DNA of 64,000 nt, taken from contig OX597823.1 of assembly GCA_951406725.2 (NCBI GenBank), positions 21,452,001 through 21,516,000 on the forward strand, in the 5' to 3' direction. Source of the DNA: Octopus vulgaris. Taxonomy: Eukaryota. A program made the translations under genes and the position numbers. Under the pieces are notes generated by a model. The model was not told the DNA's origin. It ran no database searches and worked only from the letters and a program-made list of their open reading frames with translations. The first letter of the stretch is position 1, and each line of letters begins with the position of its first letter. Shown piece by piece: positions 1 to 15,560 of the stretch.

Positions 1-147
1 ATAGCAATAGATTTAATGATAAAATATGTATCACCTATATTTAAACATCATCTGCAAAATCTATTAAATCGTAATAATCATCATTTCTATGGAATCAGTC
101 ATTTCACAGCTCGAATAATCTTTCTCACATCTGCCTACTATATTAGT

Positions 148-180
148 TTCTCTCTTCTCTTCTCTCCTCTTCTCTCTCTC

Positions 181-223
<43 letters not shown>

Positions 224-330
224 ATCTCTCTCCCTCATTCTCCTTAATTTCTCCACCTATCTCAATATCTCTCTCACCTTCTCTCTCTCCCTCCTCCCCT
301 CTCTCTCTCTTTCTCTTTCTCTCCCTCCTT
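148..330. repeat. (CT)n-rich microsatellite
   Basis: Direct reading; it explains the SL-rich ORF 16..414. Confidence 0.95.
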
Positions 331-429
331 TCTTTTCATCAAAGGAATTCTCTGAGATCTAAATCTTCATTATTTTCAAGGATTTTACAACCACTTATTT
401 ATTACATTTCGTGAACTTTATTACACACC

Positions 430-1050
430 TGTGTAACAGTTGGCGCCTTTTACCTTTCCACCGTTATCACTTCAAAATCTAAAGCCTGATTCCCTTCGTT
501 GTAGTCCTTATTCATGAATTCAGTAAATGGATTATTGATTGAGACATTAAAAGGCTGCAAGTGACGAGTTAGGCCTCATAATACAGCTGACTCTACCACC
601 AATTGACCAACTTCCTTTTAATAAGCTCAATTCTTTATGTCTGAATCCAAACGAAGATTGCAAAATTCAAAATTAGTAAAGTAAGTATCTTTATTAGCTT
701 ACCAATATGCCTGGACCACACTTTAGCAATTTACAAGTTGTTCCCTTTCTTTCCACTCTTTTAAGGGGACGGCTTCTAATTGATGGCTCATGAATATAAA
801 TTTCATTATCCATTCTTCCTTTTTGTAATATCTTTATTTGAAATATTTGAATAAGTGACATTTTTGTACCATCAACGCATCATGCAAAAACACCCAAGTC
901 TTCTCCTCATCACACGTTTTATCATTCACAGATTTAATACATTTAAATTCTTCCTTCCTCTGTGACATTCCTTCGTCAACGCTGGGAATCCGGGAAAGTT
1001 TGAAATTATCGTTTTTATTTTTTGCCTATATTACATTCTTGTGAAACTCA
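430..1050 (-). mobile_element. Decayed pogo/Tigger-family DDE transposase (POGK-like), not in ORF track
   Basis: Manual minus-strand translation gives ordered motifs FA*CVDGTKM (890-859; cf. LACCADGTKL), AKVWSRHIGKLIKILTLLILNF (from 727; cf. KVWSKRPGGLLKKPSLLVWDQF), GLTRHLQPFNVSINNPFTEFMNKDYNE (from 575; cf. GLTSQLQPLDVSINKPFK) and KAPTVTQVC. Many stops and frameshifts. Confidence 0.85.
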
Positions 1051-1845
1051 TTCCTCAGGTATTCTGCGATAATTATTGATTTAGCACTTATATAAAGGCT
1101 ATTTCTCAACGTAAATCCAGAGCACCATGTTCTTAATTTTCTAAAGTCATCGATAACTCTATTCGTTGCAAATTAGACTTGAATGTTAATTAATAATTTT
1201 GGTGGAAATTGAAATGCTCGACCGTTTGACAAGTGCTCCGTGGAGACATTGTTTTTTACTATGTTTAACATAGTCTCCGTAAAAGGATTTCTTGTTTTTT
1301 CTAAGTCTCAACTGCTGTATCGATTGGTGGTACAGTCATGGCAAGACGAAGAGAAGTAGCATTCGACCACGGTGACATGGAAAGGGGTGAAAGTTTTGGG
1401 AACTATCATGCATTTTAATTAAGATGGGGACTCCAAAAGTGTGTTTTCCTCCATACACTGACAACCGTTGCTATGCCACATGGTGAACCAGAATACTATA
1501 CAGCTAGTCCATAACCCGGTATGTTTGTTTACAACAAAAACATCAAGACGAAAAAAAGACTTGTAAGGATGAAACTACGAACGACTAACGTGAACTATAA
1601 ATTTGATTATAAAAAGGAAAGTTGCGAACTTCAGGATACTGGCTGTTACATTGCATAGGGTAGTACAATAGTCTCACGTAGAATCATCATGCATCTCTAA
1701 TATGGAAATACTGCACAATATTACACTACATGCTACAAAACGAAATTGGAAAAATACTACAGGAATCTTCCACATAAATTAAGATTAATTAAGGAAACTA
1801 TACACGAATCACGGTACAAAACCAAAAGTTAAGAAGTTAATACAC

Positions 1846-2009
1846 TGGCTGTGTGGTAAGTAGCTTGCTAACCAACCACATGGTTCAGGGTTCAGTCCCA
1901 CTGCGTGGCATCTTGGGCAAGTGTCTTCTGCTATAAAAGCCCCGGGCCGACCAATGCCTTGTGTGCGGATTTGGTAGACGGAAACTGAAAGAAGCCTGTC
2001 GTATATATG

Positions 2010-2086
<77 letters not shown>

Positions 2087-2366
2087 GTGTCTGTGTGTCT
2101 GTGTTTGTCCCCCTAGCATTGCTTGACAACCGATGCTGGTGTGTTTGTCCCCCTAGCATTGCTTGACAACCGATGCTGGTGTGTTTGTCCCCCTAGCATT
2201 GCTTGACAACCGATGCTGGTGTGTTCACTTAGCGGTTCGGCAAAAGAGACCGATAGAATAAGTACTGGGCTGATAAAGAATAAGTCTCGGGGTCGATTTG
2301 CTCGACTAAAGGCGGTGCTCCAGCATGGCCGCAGTCAAATGACTGAAACAAGTAAAAGAGTAAAAG
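1846..2366 (+). mobile_element. SINE family A (tRNA-like head, CORE-like CTTGGGCAAGTGTCTT segment, internal (TA)n(TG)n, tail ending GACTGAAACAAGTAAAAGAG)
   Basis: A-box-like TGTGTGGTAAG and B-box-like GGTTCAGTCCC; more than 10 similar copies in the window. Confidence 0.92.
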
Positions 2367-2859
2367 TGTATATCAAAAATTAACTTGTGGCTACAGACAT
2401 AAAAATCAAAAACCTAACGTTCAAAATTTGTCTTCAACAAATATATCAACACGTGACTGTTGATGCAAGGTGCTTACGGTCAAAAAACGTTAATAGGAAG
2501 GTTCAACACGAATTCAACTAGGCTATAAGAAACAACATGAACGCCAACTATATTCGATTCAATGCCTGATAATGAAACTGAGAAGGTCTAGAAAAGGTGG
2601 GATGCGGATTTTGGAGCTCTGCTGTTCCTAACTAAAATGTAAGACGTTGGGAAAATAGGAAAAGTTCAAAGTAAAAATAAAGGAACAGTAACATAGCTGT
2701 GTGTTTGATGAAACATACATAAAAATAAGCTGTTCCCTCTATGTGTGCGTGTATGTGTGTGCACGTGTGTGCGTGTATATCTACATATGTGTATGTAATA
2801 TAGACATCTATATGCATATACGCACATATATGTATATCTACATATATTTATGCATATAT

Positions 2860-2871
2860 ATGTGATTTTAT

Positions 2872-2913
<42 letters not shown>

Positions 2914-3059
2914 ATGTGTGTATGTATGTGTGTATGTATGTATGTATGTGTGTGTTTATATATATACATGTGTATATATGTGTGTGTGTGTGATTTTATT
3001 CATATGTGTGTGTGTGTTTATCTAACTATATATATACATATATACATACATTTGTGTGT

Positions 3060-3145
<86 letters not shown>
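2860..3145. repeat. Compound microsatellite (TA)n/(TG)n/(TATG)n/(GACA)n
   Basis: Direct reading. Confidence 0.95.
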
Positions 3146-3699
3146 AAGAAGAAAAGAGATACAGATAGGTAGATTGGGAATTAAGAGAATAGACGTGAAA
3201 ATGAATAAAATATAGAACAGAAAATGCAAGACATATAAATATATTTTATAAAATAACAACAAATATAGAGAAACCTTAAGAATAAAATTGTAATTTAAAC
3301 AAAAAGTATCGACATTATCTCATGAAGAGAAGAAAAGTCGAAAAACAAAACAAAATTTAAATGAAAGAAATAATTAAAATTGAAGACAAAAAACCACAAG
3401 AAGATGAAGATAAAGCAGCAACGAAGACATTTAAAGAACTAAAACATTTAAACAAAACAAAATGAAGGAAAAATATAGAGAAATAATGACAGAACAATGA
3501 AGAAAATCGATTGAAGGAGGAATATTTTTTTCCTTTTTCTCTGTTACATCAATTAAACTGTAAAGATCGATTTTAGAGAAATCTATTTTTGTTTGAGTAA
3601 TAGCAAATATTAAGGAAAAAGTCTAATGAGGAATTTATCCCACTTTGTACTTTCACGAACAGATGTTGTTGTTGTTGTTACTACTGTTATTTGTCTTGG

Positions 3700-6600
3700 G
3701 GCAGTGAGTGGGTAGAATCGTTAGGGCATCGGTTAGAACACTTAACGGCGTTTCGTCCGGCTCTTTACATCTTTGAGTTCAACTACCACCAAGGTCGTCT
3801 TTGTTTTTATCCGTTCATCGTCGATAAAATAAGTGCCAATTGAGCACTGGGATTGATGTAATCCACTTACCCACTTCACTTAAAATAGCTGGTCCCCTTC
3901 CAACGTTATATATAATGATCGTCCCTGGTGTTATTGCTACTGCCTTCTTCTTTTTCTTTTTCTTCTTCTTTTTCTTCTTCTTCCAATCTTCCAATCAAAA
4001 TTCTTCTCGATCGGAGCTGAGCCGGGGCTAAACAACAGCAGCAATAGTCGAGGCGCAATGTTTATTGTGAGTGTTTATTGAGCAAAAATACCTAAGCTCC
4101 ACGAGGCTCCGGCGGAATCCGCCGTACTCTTTCACCACATATCATTAGCCACAAAGAATAATCTCTAATTCGAGCCTACTCTAAGCTACTAAGAATGCAT
4201 GTGGCAACTTGAAGATCCACCACACGCGATAGACTGGCGGTTGCACAGCCGCGAAATTATCCTCAATCCGTTAACGGTGGCTTTTTAACGGGTGGAGAGC
4301 TGAACCATCCTGGGGTACAGAGGATTCGCAATCAGAAGATTCGCCGAAGCCTCGTGGAGCTTAGGTGTTTTTGCTCAATAAACACTCACAATGCCCGGTC
4401 TTGGAATCGAAACCGCTTTCTTACGACTGCGAGACCGCTGCCCTAATCAGTGGGCCATTGCGCTTCCACTATTGCTGCTGTTGTTTAGCCCCTGTTTAGC
4501 TCCGATCGAAAAGAATTATGGTCCAAAGATGTACGATAACTGAAATGTTGGGTGAAGTGGTGCACGCTATAATATCGTCTTTCGCAAACGATTTCTACTT
4601 CATCGATTTCAAAAGTGTTCAAAGCAAAGTCATCTCGGCCATATTCTAATTCAGGACCTAATTAAATATCGCAGAGCTTATTGTCTGATACCCAGCCAAT
4701 TCAATCAGCCGTACTCTTTACTCTTTGCGCTATTAACATTAAATTCCACCATAAGCACAAGATCACGGATACTGTGGAAGAGGTTAGTCAATTAAATAGG
4801 CCCAGTCATTCATATTTTATTTATCGACCCCAAGAGGAAGAAAGGCAAAGTCGATCTTGACAAAATTTGAACTCAAAACATTTATATCTGTAACTAAATA
4901 CCGCAAGACATTGTTTCCGTTAATATTTTCTAATCTTGGTATACATTTTTTTAGAAATTAGGGTGCTTTAATAGATTACCTTCATTCCGGTATTTCAGGG
5001 CCATATATTTTCTCGACCACAAAACAGAGTTAAGGTTAAATCTACCTTGGCAGGATTTGAACTCAGAACGAAAAAACATATAAGTAAATACACTACAAAC
5101 TATGTTTCTAAGACAGTCTACGGATTAACCCAAGGTCCCTTAATCATGGTAACACAAGAGGCACAAAGCCTGAAACTATTTGTCGATTGAATCGTTCCCG
5201 CTACTTCACTGTTACTTTCTTTCATCGACCTCGGAACAATCAAAGACTAAGTTGACCTGGGCGAGATATGAACTCAAAACGTTAAGACGCGGAATAAATA
5301 TCGCAGGAAATTACTGCTCGAAAAAATCCAATTTTTACTACCATCTTTAAAAGCAGTGTGATAATTGATTTAAAAAAGAGTTGGCTGCCATTTCTAACCA
5401 GTCAAGCTTCTACATATGCTAGAGCCAACATATACATAGCTTCCATTAACGAGCGGATATTAAAGCATTTAAAATCATACACAACACTAAGAAACAAGAA
5501 TTAAGTCGTTCTTTTATTTATTTCTCAATTTTTTTAATAATCTCTGGGTGTCATGTACGTTTGTTTAATTTTGTTTCAATGTCTAACCGACCGAAATATG
5601 GCTGAGACAATATGTAACAATACGTCTCGCTTCAAGATCAATATGGTTGGTTTATCTGTACAACTGTATAACCGTGTAATTGTATATAATAGATGGCTGG
5701 CACAGATATCTGTGATAGTCTCTCTTATCATAATACTAAGGTATATATATATATATATATATATATGCCGCAGAAAGTAGCGCTTTAATAGCCGCTAACG
5801 GCCATTATATTTCAGGACAGCAATAAAACACGGAAAAGAGTTGTACACATTTAAGACATTAAGTTTTATTATAAGAAGTCATTATTAGAAAAATCTAATG
5901 GTGTGTGTGGGGGGGGTCAGAATATTTGGAGCGTCAGACAAAAATCTTCTGAGATATTTAGTTAATGTTCTTTCATTCTAAGTTCAAATCCCGTCGAGAT
6001 CAAACTATACCTTTCATTCTTCCAGGCTCGTTGAAATAAAGTACTAGTCAAGTACTGGAATTGACGTAATGCCCTGTTTTTTTCAAACCCCCAAATTCCT
6101 AACTGTAATTAAATTATTATAAGGCTGTAATATTGTGAAAGATGGTGGAATAATTAGAGTGTTATTGTATATAGTTTTGGTCTTGAACGTTCTGATTTCA
6201 AATTCCGCTGAAATCAACTTCGCGTTTCATCTTTCTCAGTTCGATAGAATAAAGTACCAATAAAGTACTGAAGGGGAATTCTTTGACATTACGCTTCCTG
6301 CCCGTTAAATATCATTACTGAAAAGTGGATACGTCAACAAATGACAGAACTGGTAGAGCTTTGCTCTCTTTTGTTAAATCTTTTTACATTCTAAGTCGAA
6401 ATCGCGACGAGATCGACTTTGTTTTTCAACCTTCAGAAAGCGATAAAGAAAAAGAACTCTAAATACTGAACGCGATTCAGTTTGTTATATTTACATACAC
6501 AAACCCTGAAAAAATGAGCTTAGCTTATAAATCATTATTATAAGAGGGTGAGTAGGAAAATAGATAAAGAATTCGCAATATTAATCTATTTCATATTGGC

Positions 6601-6780
6601 TTCAAACTTAGGCACCAGATCAGCATGTAAAGGGAGTGGTAAATCGAATACATCGTCCCCAGAAAGATGAAAGGCAAAGCCGACCTCAGTGGAATTTAAA
6701 TTCATAACGTAAAGACGGATGAAATGCCACTAAGCATTTCGACCGGCATGCTAACGATTTTGCCTGCTTGCTGTCTTGCA
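3700..6780. mobile_element. Cluster of about 9 old, diverged SINE family B copies in both orientations, plus family C fragments
   Basis: Recurrent degenerate GAGTTCAAATTCC...GTCGACTTTGCCTTTCATCC...GATAAAATAAGTACC near 3770, 4620(-), 4850(-), 5050(-), 5260(-), 5980, 6195, 6395, 6680(-). Confidence 0.8.
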
Positions 6781-8477
6781 GTCCATTTCATATTAATGCA
6801 TTTTCTTTTACTGGTTCCTGCAAGTTAGTTTCCACTATGCTAGAGTACCGCCATTACAAGATTCACAAGCAATTACTATCGACCAATAATCGATATCTGA
6901 TGTCTAGATAATCTATAGTTTAAAATGTCCGGATTAATCCCCAAAATGCAGAAGACACAAAAGTATTATTTAGAACCATTATTTATAATGATTCGAATCT
7001 AAAACGATTTTTTTGTTTTGTTTCATTATGTTTTTTTTTTACATAACACTGCTTTCCTAAATCTTGCACAAAACTCAAAACTTTGAATCAACCAAGAAAC
7101 AGTTATGTGGTGAATCGACTTCTTAGAAATAGCAGCACTTTTCACATGACGCAGTACAATCTTACGAAAAAAAAGGACACTTTACATAAAGCTGCCCTAT
7201 GTCACACACCCCACCACCACCACCACCAAAAACAAAGTAGGATAGTTACGACTGAAACACCTCTTATCATAGGAAATGTTTAATCGAGGCAGCAATAACA
7301 CAAATAACAATAATTATTTGAAGGGATGGGGCAGATCTCTTGACAATTCTCAAGCTTGTGGCATGGGACATTGGTTTTTGTTTCCATCTTGAGTGAAAAC
7401 ACGATAAAATCACGTGAGTTCGTATTATCCATAACTTTACGCATTCACAAAGTTCCTTTGCCGATTTGTCCTTGATTTATTATTCAGTTTTACTTTAACT
7501 GTTCTTTGTGATATACTTCTTCGTTATGATTCCAGACAATCTCATTCTTATTTCTTCTTTTTCTTGTCGCATTAAGTTCTTTGCAGAATCAATTTGCTTA
7601 TAAAAGCATACATCACACTCTCAGCAGGGATTTCGTTTTCGCTTCGTTCATTTAAACATATATCTTTGTTTATGCTTTTATGTAACTATGCGTGGTCCTT
7701 TCTGACTAACAGTATATTATCTGTCAAAATCTTCAAGCGTATTAAACAACTCTTTCGGTTTGCTTTTTCTCTGCTTCTCCTTCGTTGATAATTATAGCTA
7801 AACAATGCCATGATATTTTCATGAATATTTTTCCTACTGTTGCCCAATATGTAAATATGTTTTACTCAGTGGTTATCAAAAATTTCAAATCAAAATACAA
7901 CAGAATAATTTGACTGCCTTAGCGAATGAAGACTTCTGGAGACAGAAATACAGACATCAGGAAGATATATCAATTATCAGCGTGTGTTTGTGTGTGTGTC
8001 TGTGTGTGTGTTTGTGTTTGTATTTGTGTGTTTGTGTTTGTGTGTGTGTGTTTGTGTTTGTGTGTGTGTGTGTGTGTGTATGTGTGCGCGTGCGCGTGCG
8101 TTCGTATGTGTGTAATTATAAGATTCGTGGATCTAAGTGTAGGAAGTTTATAAGCTTCGAGCAGCCCGTGGAAGGTTTCAAAAACTACGTTCGGGGAGGG
8201 ATAATAATAATTTATCGGTGAGGGTTGTAGGCTTCCCGTATCCAAGTTTGAGAAGCTGGAAAAATATTTCTTTAGCTCTCCGTCAGCAACTTGAGTGGCT
8301 ATGAATGCGAGTTGACTTGGAATTCCTTAACAACGATGTAACCTTCATATAATTAAGGTTTCTTCGGTCTGACGAGTAGATAGCTGAGTATCCCACGTTG
8401 GGTAATTATTACATCAAAGGATCTGCAAGCTAGACCACATATGTAGCCTGAATTTTACCTGTTCCACTCCCTCAATT

Positions 8478-8927
8478 TGTAACTGTCGCGACCCAGAATC
8501 CTGTCAACTTGACCAACGATATATGATTAAATCTGTCATATACGAGGCAAATTTACTGCAACGCTAAATGCCATTACAACAGATAAGAAGACCTATACTG
8601 GATTATGTGAAGGATAATTTGAAAACAGCTATGCTAATCACATAGCCTCCTTTCGATATAAAGTCAAGAGCAAAGCTACTATGTTGGCTAGTTACGTATG
8701 GAGTGTGACATCTAACACAATACCACACGTGATTAAGTGGAAAAGAATTGTTAATGTTGATGGATCCAATAAATGTAAGCTACGTTTAGCTGAAAGAACT
8801 CAGATCCTTTTTCAGATCTAAGCTCTCTAATTCTCAACTGAACTCTAGGTCTGAAATTTTCCCCGGTTGCAAACATATGTGTAAATATACTTTGAAGAAT
8901 TGGAAAATTCCGCCTATACCTGGTTAA
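8478..8927 (+). mobile_element. Penelope-like element GIY-YIG endonuclease relic (Cys-rich linker type)
   Basis: Manual translation: CNCRDPESCQLDQRYMIKSVIYEA...KTYTGLCEG*FENSYANHIASFR...ATMLASYVWS...KCKLRLAERTQI...LNSRSEIFPGCKHMCKY. This matches the PLE endonuclease pattern CNCR..CPL..VIY..YIG..H..CxLC..E..LNKRSE...CRH. Confidence 0.9.
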
Positions 8928-9083
8928 CTTGTTGGTATCTTTCCAGCCTTATAATTTTAGCTTTTACTTTTTCCTTTTTCGTTTCCGTTTCTTTTAACCT
9001 TCCGCATGTTCTAAATGCTGCCTTCTCAGCTTTTTTGCGTTTCTTCTCTTATTGAAGTTTTAGTTCGTTGTGATATGTAGTTT

Positions 9084-9136
9084 GTGCCAGATGATATGTT
9101 TGCGATATTATCAACATATGAAACTACTAGTAACAC
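9084..9136 (+). ncRNA. Degenerate type-I hammerhead ribozyme in Penelope 3' region
   Basis: GTGC-CAGATGA-TATGTT..AACATA-T-GAAAC-TACTA-GTA-ACAC; core U4>A substitution; lies about 160 nt downstream of the GIY-YIG stop. Confidence 0.65.
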
Positions 9137-9707
9137 TTAAATATATGTATTGTGTCCTTTAAATAAATTATATTTATCTTTCACCAGATGGAGTACTTTT
9201 TTGTTGATCTATCACGGAACAGTACATTCTATATACATGTATATATCGTTTTTTCCACCTTCCGTTCTATCTTTCCATCTGTCCACTTTCTAGTTCCATA
9301 GGGTATTTTCCATTGCGTTACTTATACACACAGCTTGCCCTATCCTTGTCTTAGAGCCGTACGGCCTTTATTTTGTTTGTATATTGTATATCTTATTTCG
9401 ATTGTATATCTATACACGTGCCTACTAGCTGTGTCGTTTGATTTCGTTACTTTAGTATGGTGTTTCCGATTTTCGAGATGATTCTCTTGTCGGGAGAGTT
9501 AAATCGGTGTCTCGACGGTATAGGTTCTCTATTTTATTTGATGAGATTACGTATTTATACATACATAACTTGCACTTCATCAGTTACAACGATGAGAGTT
9601 TCAGTTGATCCGATCAACGGAACAGCCTGCACGTGAAATTAATTTGGCAATGGCTGAGCACTCCAAGTAACGATATAATATAATATAATGTAATATAATA
9701 TAATATA

Positions 9708-9935
9708 GGCGGCGATCAGGTAGAAACGTTAGCACACCGGACGAAATGCTTAGCGGTATTTTGTCTGCTGCTACGTTCTGAGTTCAAATTCCGCCGCGGT
9801 CGACTTTGCCTTTCATCCTTTCGGGGTCGATTAAATAAGTATCAGTTACGCGCTGGGGTCGATGTAATCGACTTAATCTGTTTGTCTGTCCTTGTTTGTC
9901 CTCTCTGTGTTTAGCACCCTGTGGGCAATAAAGAA
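9708..9935 (+). mobile_element. SINE family B (core GCCTTTCATCCTTTCGGGGTCGATAAATTAAGTACC) inserted in a (TAATA)n array
   Basis: Near-consensus copy; pentamer repeat on both sides (9672-9707, 9941-10020). Confidence 0.9.
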
Positions 9936-10082
9936 CTAAGTATAATATAATATAATATAATATAATATAATATAATATAATATAATATAATAAATATAAT
10001 ATTATATATAATATAATATTATTTAAATCGCTACATGCTAGAGATCGCAACTGCTTGAGATATTAATGTAACTTATAATTTC

Positions 10083-11640
10083 TTGGTGGATCACCTAAAG
10101 ATTCATGCTATGAATGCTTACAAAGCAGCTGGAGTTAATAACAATGTTTTCAATTGGCATAAGAATGGAATTTGGCCAAAGGAAATGTTAGTATTTGATT
10201 ACTAAACGTGGAAAATTTTATCTCCCAGATCTAAAAGATGTGCATCAAAAGACTCTCTATCTCTCCTGCTCCCCAGAAAGAATGTTACAAATATCTTGGC
10301 ATTGATGAAAAGATCTCTTACGAAAGTGCAGTGAATAAAAATAGAGTGACCCAAGAATATTACACTAACTTAAGAAAATACGGCAATGAGAACTTTTACA
10401 GTAAAACAGTATCCCACAATGCATTTACAGTACCAGTGCTGATTGCAACATTTGGGATACTTTATTGTTTGTAGAGGAAATCCACTCCACAGATAATAAA
10501 ACCTGCAAGGTACTGATACCAACTGGATTCTTCCACGGAAACAGTGAGATTGACTGATTCTATATAAGAAGAGATGAAGGAGGTTGAAATTTGATGTCAG
10601 TGCAGACAGCCTTCGAAAATGTTATACTCCGTCAGGCTCCACCTGTAAGGCAACAGCAGTGAAAATAAATACCTAAAGTTCGTGAAGGAAGGCGAAGAGA
10701 ACATGCTACATGTCGACAGTGAGCTCTTTAGGAAGCACTTTCTACCTCATGAGCTTCCATACAAACCCAAATCAACCCGACTAACAGACCTCAAAGTAGA
10801 CCTGAATGTGAAGCTCTCAGAATACCAAAAAAAACAAAAGATAATGCAAGGTTATGTTTCCCGAAAACCTAAAGAAGACAATAATATCAGCATGGACTGC
10901 AGCCTGTCATGGATTCGTGACCGCTACATCAGATCGAATGGCTATGCATTTGCAATCCATAAAAGAAGATATTGCTGCTGAATACCTTATAAACAAACGA
11001 AACAGTGATGCCCCAAGATGCAGCCAGGAAGGTAGATTATGAGGAAGATATCACACATGTGATTAACCGCTGCCCCCCCAAATGTCACTACCCCACTATG
11101 CAACACGACGTTGTAGCTTCAACAGTACACATACAATACCATTCATAAACATGACTGTCTTGGAATAAATATAGAGAATCCCACTATTATTGAATATATA
11201 TATATAAACACCAACACAAGGAACATTAGTGGTACATTTCCTTCAAAACTTCTGTCAAGTGTGAACATAACATACCGGATATTGTTGTTTGGGACAGAAA
11301 AGTAAAAGTAAGTACCGTCATTGAAGTCAGCTTCACTGTTGATGTATACATCTCATCATAATCCAAAGAGAAAGAAGATAATTACAGACAATTGCTTCGA
11401 AACCTCCAAGATTATAAGTTCACATTTATACCAGCAATAATTGGTGCACTTGATTTTGTGATAATCTGGATAAGCTTGAGTTTTCAGAAAAAGAAATCAA
11501 CCAACTAGTTCGTACATTGTAAATACAATCTGTAACTAGAAAAACTTCCCCCTGACTATTTTCCTAATCTACATTCCAGCGACGGGGTGTTGTATCTTTG
11601 TTAGAAACCAGCTCCTCAGAGGAAGATTTCAAATAATTAA
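10083..11640 (+). mobile_element. Decayed R4/Dong-like non-LTR retrotransposon (RT C-terminus plus restriction-like endonuclease)
   Basis: LVDHLKIHA (YxDD equivalent), MEFGQRKC, YKYLGIDE, HNAFTVPVL, QHDVVA, EHNIPDIVVWDRKVKVSTVIEVS, KEKEDNYRQL and FTFIPAIIGAL occur in order; frameshifted. Confidence 0.85.
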
Positions 11641-11705
11641 AAAACAGAAAACAAAATACACACATACACACACACATACATACATAGATACACACATACA
11701 TACAT

Positions 11706-11985
11706 TATGGCTGCCCCCTCGTTATAGAGTATGGCCATTGCACGAAGCTTAACTGTTACTGGTGCTGTGATCGAATGTCACTCTTTAGCCCAGCTAAAGA
11801 TCTACAATGTCTTGTACAGAATTGGCAACTAAAACCTTTACCTATAATAGCTGCGTGTAGTTGTAACTGGGCTTCATGTACCTTTGCATGTCGTTTAAGT
11901 CCTCCTGCCGAATTACACTCTCTTCCACATGCCCGACAGATATGATTAGTATGGTGTGTTACACCACCACCAGTGGTGGTGTAAT
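11706..11985 (-). mobile_element. 3' end of an RTE-type LINE with two C2H2-like fingers, embedded in (CATA)n
   Basis: HICRACGRECNSAGGLKRHAKVH and FSCQFCTRHCRSLAGLKSDIRSQH*, then a 3' UTR of about 50 nt and an (ATGT)n tail. Confidence 0.75.
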
Positions 11986-12783
11986 ACATACATGCATACA
12001 TACATCGCGATGGCCAGTTATTCTACTGCAATCAGTGAGACCCAATCATAGCAAACTTAATCATCATTTTAGTTTGGTACTATATCCCACTTTACTGCAC
12101 TGATTTGCCAAATTACTATTTTGAAACAACCTGTGCATCAATTTAATCGGTTCTCCTTATGTATGTCCAACATGCAAGCAAGCACGCACGCGTACTTACG
12201 CAGCCATATATCTTTGTATACATGTATGCATGTATATAAATATAAATGTTCCGTTTAATAATCTGAATGGAATATAGCTCACTTGGAGCACTACAACTCC
12301 AGTCTGTATTTTATTTGCGAGTATTGTTAATGTGGCCATGCTGGAGCACCGCCTTTAGTCGAACATATCGACCCCATGAGTTATTTTTGTAAGCCTTTCA
12401 GATGGACAGCCATTAAGGACACAAATGACTTGATGCGTAAATAATTAAAAAAATTTCTTTAATCATCTCCGGGTTTCATAGCTTCAATCAACGGACTGCA
12501 AACGTGATATAACATCATAATTAAAATCCGTTGTTATATTTTAAAACAAAAGTAACCACCGAGAAATAAAATGCTCAGCACATAACCAACGAACTGTGAA
12601 TATGTTTATAAATAAACAAAATCAATATTTAATGGAAGTTTCGACTATTTCATTGTTTGTTCAAAATGTCGAGTTAATATGAAGCAAAGATGAAATTTGA
12701 ATGGCAACTGATCCAAATTCAAAATATTTCATCTTTAATTCATTTTAATTCAACAGTCTTTCTGTAAATGTCGATTTTATCCA

Positions 12784-15560
<2,777 letters not shown>

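Noticed and set aside
2101-2225. CRISPR-like array
   Set aside because: Tandem units without spacers, in eukaryotic DNA, with no cas genes.
11756-12001. C2H2 zinc-finger gene exon
   Set aside because: No TGEKP linker, no splice context, and followed by a short UTR and tandem tail typical of an RTE LINE end.
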